From Hypanus sabinus (taxonomy: Eukaryota), in contig NC_082715.1 in NCBI RefSeq assembly GCF_030144855.1, forward strand, positions 146,196,001 to 146,260,000: a stretch of DNA of 64,000 nucleotides. Reading direction: 5' to 3'. Each line of letters opens with the position of its first letter. The first letter of the stretch is position 1. The notes under the pieces were generated by a model. It searched no databases. It had not been told where the DNA came from and was given only the letters and a program-made list of their open reading frames with translations. Of the stretch, positions 11,361 to 21,490 are shown in pieces. The translations under genes were made by a program, and so were the position numbers.

Positions 11361-12734
11361 GAAAACCGCATTTTCTGGCCGTCTCTGGAAAACGGGCTTG
11401 TTAGCACCTCGCTAACAGCCATTGGATTCCGCGGTGATAAACCTCCTTTCTCCAGCTTCGTGCATCTCCGGTGTCTGCAATGCTGGCCCAGCCAAACACT
11501 GGTTTTGCGAATGCTTTGTAATTTATTGCCTACGGCAGGAAATAACAGATCGTAAATGAATATACAATTTATAAAGTATATTTAAGAATGTTAATTTAAG
11601 CAAACTGTTATTAAATGAAAGTAAGAAAAAAAAAACAAAAAAGGGCCCATTACTCTTAAACAGTCAAATGTGCAGTTAGGTTGGAGCTTATCTTGAACTT
11701 GTCTGCCACTCATGCGCTGGACCCTCCGTCTGCGTGAAAGCACACACCACCATCTGAACATCGCTTGAAATCCATTTCGAACAAACGGGTCTCCCACGGG
11801 AGTATTGGTTCTTCCTTTTGAAGTCATTTCATCTACACAAAGCACCTTGTGCAACAGGTAGAGCATCCTCAGCCATCTTTGGCCATTGTCTTCTTCTGGC
11901 TCCCGCCAACCCAGCGTTTGTCAGTTCCTTCCCCCAATTCCACTATCCTGATTAGCTGGTAGCTTATTCCCAAGTTGAATAACAGCCCTTTATCTTAGCT
12001 CAAACCGAAACAAGCTGAAAGCAGAACAGACTGCTCTTACAGAACTGCTAAAATGAAATAACTACAGCTCGCGGCAGCGGAGTTCGGATGTCAATCTTGA
12101 CGTCCTCCGTAAAAAATTTAAACATTCTTCCCGTGAAGCGCGAGTTTCTACCCGGTGGTACGATTTCCTCCCACGTTCCAAAGATCCATATTATAATTTG
12201 TCCTGTAATTAGGATAGGATAAATAAGTGGGTTTCTGGGCTGTGCGGCTCTTTGGGTCGGAAGGGCCATGTAAATAAATCAAAAATTAAGATTATTAAGA
12301 TTGGATGTGAGTACACTATTGGTTTACTTACCAATATAAACAAAGCCTCTTGCCTTCCCAGCTGACTGTTGTTCACTCACACTGACTCGCTGTGATTTAC
12401 TTATAGAAACTACGTTGTCTTCTAATACTGACATTACTATTTAATCTATTGCTTTCATTTTCAGTTCATGTAGATGGTTAGAAACGACACAGGAGACCGT
12501 TGGGCTTGCAGCTATAGCTTTCTGACTGGCTTTGTGGCTGTTCCTCGACTTCAGTATTGAATGCAACTTACGTACTTTTATTGTTTGTAGGACTTGTGTT
12601 TTTTCATGCACATTGGATGTTTGACGATCTTCCTTTTTAATGGGTTCTATTGGGTAGCTGCTTGTCAGGAGAAGGATATCAATGTTGTATATAGTAAACA
12701 CTGACATAAATGTACTTTGAACTTTGAAAGAAGG

Positions 12735-14190
12735 GTAAGGGTTGTCAATAGCAATCCCGACATTATTCAGTGCCCTTCCGTTCACTGTGTAACACCTGCC
12801 CTGATTGGCCCTACCAAAGGTGAACAGCTTGCACTTGTCAGCATTAAATTCCATCTGTCATTTTTCAGCCTAGATTTCGAACTGGGCCAGATCGCCCCAG
12901 AAGGACTGATAGTCTTCCTCGCTGTCCACTATACCCCCAATCTTGGTGTCAACCAGAAAGGTGCTGATCTAGGTAACCAGGTTATCAACCAGATCAATGA
13001 TATAGATGACAAACAACAACGAACCCAGGTCGGCTCGCACGGACACTCCACCAGTTACAGGCCTCCAGTAAGAGAGCTAACCATCTCCTGTCATTCTCTG
13101 GTTTCTCCCCCAAAGCCTATGTCTGAGCTATTTGATGACCTCAACTTTCATGCTGAGCAACTTAAACTTCTTGACCAGCCTCCCATGTGGGACCTTTTCA
13201 AATGCCTTGCTGAAGTCCATGTAGACACCATCCACTACGTTGCCTTCATCCACTTTCCTGGTAATTTCCTCGAAAAACTTGGTTCGTCTCGACTTACCAA
13301 GCAGAAAGCCATGCTGATCATCCCTGATCAATCTCTCTCTATCCAAATACTCATCGATCCTATCTCTTAGAATACCTCCCAACACTGATGTCAGGTTCAC
13401 TCGCCTTCAATTACCTGGTGCATGTTTAGAGCTTTTCTTAAACAGCGGGAGAACATTGGCTATCCTGTAATATTCCGGTACTTCTCCTGTCCTTAAGAAT
13501 CATGCTGTTAGGGCTCCTGTAGTTTCTGCAATTGCCTTCCACAGAGTTCAAGGGAACACTTTGTTAGGCCTGGGGATTTATCACCCTAATTTGCCTCAGG
13601 ATAGCAACACCTCTTCTTCTGAAGTCTGCATAGGGTCCTCGATCTCGCTTCCTCTTTCCCTCGTTTCTATAGATTCTGTGTCCGTCTCTCGAGTGAATAG
13701 AGTTGCAACAAAAATAAAGATTTAAGATCTTCCCATCTCTTCTGGCTCCACACACAGTTTAGCATTCTGATCTTCCATAGGACCACTTCTGTCCCTTGCA
13801 ATCCTTTTGATCGCAATATATCTCTAGTCACCCTTAGGATTCTCATTCACTTTGCAAACATCAGACCTTCCTTTTGCCCTCCTGATTTCTTCCTTATGTG
13901 TCCTCTTGCAATTCATATACTCTAGAAGTACCTCATTTGTCCCTACCTGCCAGCACCTGCGATGCTCTTCCTTTTTCTCCTTAGACATGGCCTCAATATC
14001 TCTTGAAAACCCTGAACACGTTTTCTTTAACTTTTGTTTCGACAGGCACATACAAGGCTTTTACTCTCAGATTTTCACGCTTGAAGGCCTCCTACTTATC
14101 AAGTACACCCTTACCAGAAGGCAGCCTGTCCCAATCCACACTTGCCAGATCCTTTCTGATGCCATTAAAATTGGTCTTTTCCAATTTAGA
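12735..14190 (-). mobile_element. Decayed CR1 LINE fragment
   Basis: Frame ILRDRIDEYL..QHGFLLGKS..VDGVYMDFSKAFEKVPHGRL. Boundaries approximate; duplicated at ~45737-47192. Confidence 0.8.
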
Positions 14191-15557
14191 TATACATACC
14201 TAACTAACTGTAATGACGTGAATAAGAGGAAGTTAAAAGAACCCGATGGGCGGACTGCATGTCGCTTTGCGTTCAATCGTTGATTGCCAAGAGTTATTCC
14301 CGTTTAAGAGTGAATCGATCGTTTAAGTTACTTTAACGAGGGGAATAGATTGCATATTTCTACGCAAAAGTTTCCGTGGTTTGGAGGATCATCAAATTGA
14401 GAAGGAGTTCACAGCTTTATCTTTTTCAATTATTTATCTAGTATTTTAAAAAGTCTTTTTTTCCCCAACACCATCTCCTGCAAAATATTCCACAACAAAT
14501 TTCTGCAGTGTTATTCTTTATTGCTGTCTTGTTTCGCCAACTACTTATGTTAGTGTTTTATGGGTACAAATACTTTGCCATAAATATTTTTCTTTATATA
14601 CAAAGCTAAAATAAAATCAACCAAGGCACCGTATTGTGCCCTTGAGCAAGGGTCGTCACCACACATTGCTCTGCGACGACACCTGTGCCAATCTGTATCG
14701 GCCCTTGCCCTTCCTTTGGACAACATCGGTCGCGTGGAGAGGGGATACTTGCAGCATGGGCAACTGCCGGTCTTCCATACAAACCTATCCAGCCTGCACC
14801 CTGGAAACTTTCCAAGGCGGAAATCCATGGGCTATCGAAACTAACAGATGCCTATAATAAAATTAAATTCAAAACGTTTAATGTCTTTGTCAAGCTTACT
14901 GTCAAAGTCACTCTTTCAGCTGATCAATAATTTTTATATAGTCTCTCAGCTGACGTAAGTATTTGTGTCCTGACAATACTGTATTCCGAATCCGTACATA
15001 TGCTATGTGCCTGGCAACCTAGTTAAAGTAATAAACACAATCATGATCGATATATTTGATTTTGCATGTTGAATCACCCAATGTCATCACCGAATATAGC
15101 ATTTTTAGCAGGTCGTACACTTTTGATTTATTCTGTTAATTTCTCGCTTACTCGTGGCGCTTGGATACATCTCAAAGTAACCGAGATATTCAAGGATTTT
15201 TGGAGTTTTCATTAAAAATCTACTAATTGTGAGGATCACGCATGATCACGATGCACGGTACACATAGCTGAAACTCATGGATAGGTTTCTTTATTGAAGA
15301 GTATCGGGTTTGTTGCAAGGTTAGTAAGGTGATTGATTTTCTGATTTCTGATACGTGTAAAGGGAAGGTTAAACATTTAGACAGATTAACTGACAGATAC
15401 TGCGACGTTTATGCGGTTACAGATAAAAATTTGTGAACACGTATAACGTGCAAAATCACTATCGGATAGTTCGTCAATGTCGCCATTTCGAGCTGGGAAA
15501 TCTTACGAGATGGCAACCTGAACACAGCTGCTCCATTCAGTCTCGGAATCTCAGCGT

Positions 15558-15567
15558 TAATTTGCAT
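15558..15567 (+). promoter_or_regulatory. Ig light-chain promoter octamer/decamer (TAATTTGCAT), copy 1
   Basis: Exact ATTTGCAT at 15560-15567, about 120 nt upstream of the leader ATG, in the orientation typical of IgL V promoters; CACGTG E-box at 15586-15591. Confidence 0.9.
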
Positions 15568-15685
15568 AAATGTAGAGCACATAATCACGTGGTCCTCTTC
15601 GTTGCACTGATAAGGCAAGGAGAGCCGGCCAGCGTTATACTCTGTTTGCAAACCGTGCACTTTGCAGAACTCATCCGAATTCACC

Positions 15686-15728
15686 ATGTCCGGGAGGGTG
15701 GGAGTCATCTTGATAATTTGCGTAGCCT
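15686..15728 (+). CDS. IGL: IgL leader exon, copy 1 (MSGRVGVILIICVA + 1 nt)
   Basis: CACCATGT start context, hydrophobic signal-peptide core, phase-1 donor GTAAGT at 15729. Splicing over the 101-nt intron gives the leader MSGRVGVILIICVAYSNA. Confidence 0.88.
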
Positions 15729-15829
15729 GTAAGTATCTAAGAACAGTTATTTGGATTTTTAGAGCGCTTTTATGTTGCAGATAATTAATCACATGAAGTC
15801 TGCCATCACATATTGTTTTATTTTTCTAG

Positions 15830-16180
15830 ATTCAAATGCAGAGATCACATTAAATCAGGAGGGATCGTTGTCCGTTCAGCCGAGAGGAACTGTGAAGATC
15901 GGCTGTAGAGTGTCGGGCACCAGCTTGGGAAATTCTGATATAGCATGGTATCAGCAGAAACCTGATGGCGCTCCCCGATTTCTCCTCTATCATGATCTCA
16001 ACCGGGACTCAAAGGGTACTGGCATTCCCGATAGATTCTCTGGAAGGTCTCAGTCTTCGAGTAACGCCGCATTTTTAACTATTAGCAATGTTCAACTGGA
16101 GGACGACGCCGATTACTACTGTGGCTGGTGGAAATCAGACGCGTTGCACTTCGGCGGAGGCACCCAGTTAACTGTAACAG
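15830..16180 (+). CDS. IGL: Germline-joined IgL V-J exon, copy 1
   Basis: Acceptor TTTTTCTAG at 15821-15829 and the classic 11-nt leader remainder. V domain with conserved Cys, WYQQKP and DYYC runs in frame through CDR3 GWWKSDALH into J FGGGTQLTVT, ending at phase-1 donor GTAAGC (16181). No RSS or intervening DNA between V and J. Confidence 0.96.
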
Positions 16181-18329
16181 GTAAGCAGCGCTTATTGTAT
16201 TTTGTGCAGTTGAATTTCTTTATCATTTTATTGATCTAATTTTTAAAAGTCAATTGGATTATAGCTGCAACAATTATGTGAAGATGGCACTTTAAAAATG
16301 GAATTTAATCTATTTTGTGATTGTATTTGGGTGGTAGGGTGGAGATACATCTCTACCAGTGGAGGTATAATACGTTGCTTCCCTATGTAGCCTGCATGTT
16401 ACCCTTGAGCAAGGTATATTACCGTCTCAGCTCCCTGATCAGGGTTACTTGAAACCATGTGAGCAAGTGGTGCATGGACGTACAATCAGAATTTCTGATT
16501 ATGCGACCACTGACGCCAGACAGCTGATCTCTGAAGTGTATTGATAATGGCTTGTGAAGGCACTGCCAAGAAGAAGGCAATGGCAGACTACTTCTGTAGA
16601 AATATTTGCCAAGAGCAATCATGGTCATTGCCCGCGTCATAACAGCTTTGCACATAACGCCGATCATGCGTTTGCCCGCATTCAGCAGCATTCTGGACGT
16701 AAAAGCTACAACTTTTATTCGTCTCACGGTTCATGCAAAAGGAGTAAACAGAGAGAATAATTCCCAGCTTTCACTAATAGGCAAAACATCGCACATGGTA
16801 AATTACGAAATATTTAACTTAGAGACGTGAGGAGGTATTAGCAGGAAAAGTAATTTTAGTTAAAATATTTGATCCATGAGTGTTATTGTCCTATTTAGGG
16901 GTTCACTTATTCTTTAAAGCATATGAGGCCAAATTCTGTAAACCTGTGTCACTTGGGGGGGGGGGGGTGGAAAGAAGAGCCTGTTTGACTCAAAGAAATT
17001 GAAAGGAACGGTTAGAATAGTTGCTGCATGGTCTGCCGAGTTCCTCCAGTGGTTTGTGTATGCGCTATTGTAGTTATAACACTGGAGGGACCCTGTGATA
17101 AGGAAATATCTCTCAATTCCTTTTGGACCGAGAATTTGAGTCTGATAACCAGAATCTCCCCCAAATCTCCCAAACCAACACAGAATTTAAGGATTAGTTT
17201 CGAACGCTAGAAATTCACGTCCTCGTTGCATCAGATTTTTACATGAGAAAGGGAGTCAATGAACTAATTCGAACAATAGAATAGAAGCAGAACTCTTTTG
17301 GAATAATCTATCACCAGCATGCTTTCGTTATTTTCTAAACTTAAGTCTACTGGGATTTATTGCTTGAAACTTAGTTCCATCTATAGCCACCTTAACGTAA
17401 CATCAGATACGAAAACAACAGCCATATTTTAACCCAGAGCGCTAGTGGAAATAAGAACATCGTTGTTACAAAACGGTTTGAAGTGAACAATTGCAATCAT
17501 GTATTAGGATGATGAACCCAAAAACGATTGACTTTTCACGGAGCTTTCTATAACCCTACCATAGATTGCATGAACACTGCAAACACTGAAAAGCTTACAT
17601 GCTGCGAATTCTCTTTGTTTTTACAGTAACGTTAATGAGCATAACCGGCAACAAGATTAAATGGTTGGCAGTAACCTAATTTGTATTTGTAGCAATCATT
17701 CTGCAGTTATCTTGAAAGCGCAAATGACCTGATTTGGGCTATTTCTATGCACATTAACTGCTGCATTGAGTTTACATGGCTGGTAGCTCCTCCCTCTGCT
17801 CTGTATGATCAGAATGGGTTCCTCAAGTAATCGATGCTGCAGGGTTCAGGTTACTTTTTCTATACTGGACCGTTTCTGACCTGGGAATATTTGACCGAAT
17901 TGTGTACGTTGCTGAAAATGTTTCATGCGACACGAAAGAAGTTAGTACATGAATTAAACACAGAGTTAAGCTAATTGACTTCATTCCGTTATTATCTCGC
18001 TGGGTTTGCGATAGTAAAATTCATTCCCGTACGTTCTCCTTTCAAACCCTTCAAGGGTATGAGTATGATGAGTTAAAAACAAATTGATTTCACTTACAAT
18101 ATCGCGATAAACAGTGGCAAGGCCAGGACATCATGAGTTAGATAGAAAAAAAGCTCCTACACTGCCTATCCGTTCGTATTAACCCTCAACAGGTTATGGG
18201 AATTTTGCAGTAGAACCGTACCATGGAACAATATATAGAATTTAGTTAAAGAGATCCACTGTTTCATCTCCAGCCTCAGGATCAATCTCTATTTAGGACA
18301 TGAGGCTTGGCAAGCGATTGAATGGGTGT

Positions 18330-19540
18330 TTTGGTTCCAGTCATCATAAATCTATTAGTTTTTAAGGAAGTTTTGAAAAACAAATAGGATTAGTTCGCAA
18401 GTTGGAGCCTAAATTGGAATAAAGCAAAATTTGATGGGATTAGACCAGAACTCTCAAGGATTGATTCGGAGAAGCTGTTAGCAGGTGCAGTGACGTTTGG
18501 CAAGTCGGAAGCTTTTGAAAGTGTGATGCAGAGAATTCAGGGCAAATATGTTTCTGTCAGAGTTAACGGCAAGGTAGGTAGGATTGAGGAGCGCTTCCTG
18601 ATGGAAATGTACAGAGGTTCTGCTCAGGATACAGAAAATGTGATGTAGAGCTAATTGGGATCAAGCAAAATCTGTTGAGAGAATAAGGAGTTTTGGGGCA
18701 AACACGAGGAAATCTGCAGATGCTGGAAATTCAAACAACACACATTAAATGGAATTTTGCAATTCAGTTGATGAAGAAGGTAGGAACAATTGTGGACATA
18801 TCCTTAGCAGATAAGTTGATCCGAAGAGATTCTTTGAATATATTAAGAGCAGCGAGGGAGAGAAAAGGTCCACGTAAGGATTAGTTTGATAGAGGATGTG
18901 TGGAGCCTCAGGAGACTGACGTGGAATGAAATCGATACTTCCAATCTACTTTACAGTGGAAAAGTCACAGAAGCTAGGAAATTCAGAGACAAACAATGCG
19001 ATGCCCTGAAGCATAATGATATTATGTAAAATGGGCTGTTGGGATTTTTGAGGAGAGTAACAGTTGATAAATCTCGAGGACTTGCTCTCTATATCCCCAA
19101 ATGTGTAGCAAGCTTGGGAACAATTTGCGGGGATCTTTGCCGAGACTTTTGTATCTTTGTTAGCCACACGCAAGTTCTTGGAAATCTAAAGTTTGGCTAA
19201 TGTATCATTTTTACTTGAGAGACTGCAAGGATAAACTAAGGAACTACAGGTTGACGAGCCTAACATTAGTCGAGGGGTACTACAGGCGATTCTGCGAGAC
19301 AAGCTCTAGAAACATTTGGAAAGGCAAGAGATTAGGAATAGTCACCATGATTTTGTGTGTGAGAAATCACGTCTCCGAAATTTTCTTGGCTGTTTTGAAA
19401 AGGCGACCAAAGCAAATGACATGGGTAGGGCCGTAGTTGACCACATGGAAGGGACATCGTGGATTATAATGAACGGCTGGGATAAACTGGGATTGCTTTT
19501 CTTTGAACGCATAGAGGCTGAAGGGTGACATTAGGATGAA
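18330..19540 (+). mobile_element. Decayed CR1 fragments in the J-C intron
   Basis: Remnant frames such as DKLRNYRLTSLTLV and IRNSHHDFVCEKSRLRNFLGCFE correspond to CR1 ORF2 NYRPVSLT/QHGF regions. Duplicated at ~51333-52543. Confidence 0.65.
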
Positions 19541-19564
19541 TGGTCAAAGTCTATAATTAACCCC

Positions 19565-19745
19565 TCTCGGGCTTCCAGACGGGTACGTGTATCACTTTTA
19601 ACCGACGTTTCGATGACAAACTCTGCCATCTTTATCATGAAGGTGGAGTCTGTCATCGAAGCGTCGGTTAAAATAGATCACTGTACCTGGCAGGAAACCC
19701 GAGAAGTGTTTTTTCGGCATATACGCCGGGAACGCACCAGATTCT
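19565..19745. mobile_element. Inverted pair of Penelope-like element termini forming a 140-bp hairpin
   Basis: 59-bp inverted arms at 19565-19623 and 19646-19704 contain the GTCATCGAAACGTCGG motif typical of Penelope pLTR ends. Duplicated at 52568-52748. Confidence 0.65.
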
Positions 19746-20779
19746 CTTTGGTCAAAGTCTATTCCCAATTGTCACGGTTCTTAAAACTGGAGGGCATGGA
19801 TTTAGGGAGATGGAGGAAAATTGAAGGTTATATTTATTTCCACAAAGTGGGTGGTTATATGGCAACACGTGCCAGACGAAACACCTGTCAGGTGTTGCAA
19901 CTGTTATTAAGTTTAAAATACGTTTAGAGATGTACACGGAGAGGTAATGTTCAAAGAGATACGGAGCAAATGCAGGTGAATGGGTCCAGCTGAAGAAGAC
20001 GCCTTATTCGGCATCGACGAAGAACTTGTTTTCTTGTTGCATAATTCTGTGACTCCAGTGTGTGGCTCGTATTTCCATAGAGTATTGATCGCCTTAGAGT
20101 AGTAAATGTGTTTATGGATCAGTTATTGCATCAGTGGCTCATAACTCAGGACTGCACAGCAGAGGGAGATTGTATGAAAGTCTCCATTTCTGCCTTCATC
20201 GCATTGGATGCGGAGAAAGCTGAAGGTGGAAAGTGGAGAAGATGCCGCTAGAATTTGGAAGTGTGCGAGTAGCGCTCCATGTTTACTCAGGTATCCTGGG
20301 TGATTTGTTTAAAACCCATGCAGCAGAGCGATCCTCAGTCTTCTTGCATAGTCACGCATTTAGAGCATGACATCTCTCTGTGAAGACCGCGAGGTAGACG
20401 CTCTGCAACGGATAAAATAAATCACCCTCAGATATATGAGCATTTATGGACAAAAGAAATAATCGAACTATAATTGGAACTGCGCAGCCTATTCTAGCAC
20501 GGGAGTAATTGCATTGCGGCAATGTAATTGCGATATTTTTGAGTCCTGATGCTCTTGAAAATAACCTCACCGGTCGTTTCCAGTCACCGCACCGACCTAT
20601 TGCCGATTGCTTAACACGCATTCGGCACCGTTGTACAAAGTCTGTCCACTTTTTCCGCTCGTCGTTGGTGTTGAACTTGAACCGCAACTTGCCATCTGAG
20701 TCACTACGTCACTAAGTATTAATTGATTCACACACGATTTGTTATCGTTCTTTAATATGGACATTTTATTTCATTCCAG

Positions 20780-21108
20780 GTGGAAAACTGACCCGTCCTT
20801 CGATTACTCTTCTTCCACCCGCGTCAAAACAGATCAGTGAAGGACAGAAGGCGACTCTGGTGTGTCTGGTCAATAACTTTTCCCCTAGATCGGCGGAGGT
20901 TTCCTGGGAAATGGACGGCAAAACCGTGAAGGCTGGTGTCCTGACAACTCGAACCGTCCAGAATAGCGACCAGACCTACAGCCTCAGCAGTTACCTCACC
21001 CTGACCGCCTCGGAGTGGAACTCACACGAAGAGTACACTTGCGGGGTGACACACCAGTCTCTCGGGTCTCCACTGAAGCGAAGCATCCAGAAATCGGGCT
21101 GTGCGTAA
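20780..21108 (+). CDS. IGL: IgL constant exon, lambda-like, copy 1
   Basis: Acceptor TTTCATTCCAG ends at 20779 in the phase matching the J donor. Translates (G)GKLTRPSITLLPP..ATLVCLVNNF..VSW..YSLSSYLTLTASEWNSHEEYTCGVTH..KSGCA*, a C1-set domain with both Cys and the penultimate interchain Cys. The SSYLTLTASEWNSHE motif is lambda-type. Confidence 0.95.
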
Positions 21109-21276
21109 GAGAGAGCCGGCAGGCTGGGTGCGTGGTGTTACTTGTGGTCGGGGACAGCAACGTTCTATGATTGTTTCCTTTCTATTGGCGAGCGGATCCC
21201 GAAAAGTAGAACTTTAACAATATTTACATTACAACAAAAATTCACTTTGTAATTGAGTCCTACAATCGTTTGTTTA

Positions 21277-21282
21277 AATAAA
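21277..21282 (+). terminator. Polyadenylation signal of IgL copy 1
   Basis: AATAAA about 170 nt after the stop, followed by T/GT-rich sequence; conserved in the pseudo-C paralogue (35123-35128). Confidence 0.75.
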
Positions 21283-21430
21283 GTAAAAGATGTTTCTTCT
21301 GGCAGCCTGTATATTTTGTATGTCAGCAATTGAGTATAACCATAGGCCTGTAAATAGCTAAATTCATTGAGATGACGAACGCCATCTTTTAACGTCGTCT
21401 TTGTGCGTAAAACAGCTTGGGATACTAAAA

Positions 21431-21490
21431 GCGGACATGAGGTTACAGGTTATCACATGAGCGGACATGAGGTTACAGGTTATCACATGA
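21431..21490 (+). repeat. Perfect 30-bp tandem duplication
   Basis: (gcggacatgaggttacaggttatcacatga)x2; also at 54434-54493. Confidence 0.9.

Noticed and set aside
15409-15792. 127-aa antisense ORF over the promoter and leader, and the other 60-220-aa ORFs
   Set aside because: No recognisable domains. Most are antisense or shifted frames of TE fragments, and their recurrence only reflects the duplications.
15830-16180. T-cell receptor or somatically rearranged gene
   Set aside because: The octamer promoter, light-chain C with terminal Cys and no TM exon indicate IgL; an identical junction in two copies argues against a somatic event unless the duplication is an artefact.
15772-16239. 155-aa ORF-track protein as the real product
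   Set aside because: It starts inside the leader intron and reads through the J donor; the spliced leader/V-J/C model fits all signals.
20872-20886. N-glycosylation sequon N-F-S in the C domain
   Set aside because: Followed by Pro, which usually suppresses occupancy; cannot be supported from sequence alone.
20860-21108. 82-aa ORF as a standalone gene
   Set aside because: It is the 3' part of the C exon opened at an internal GTG.
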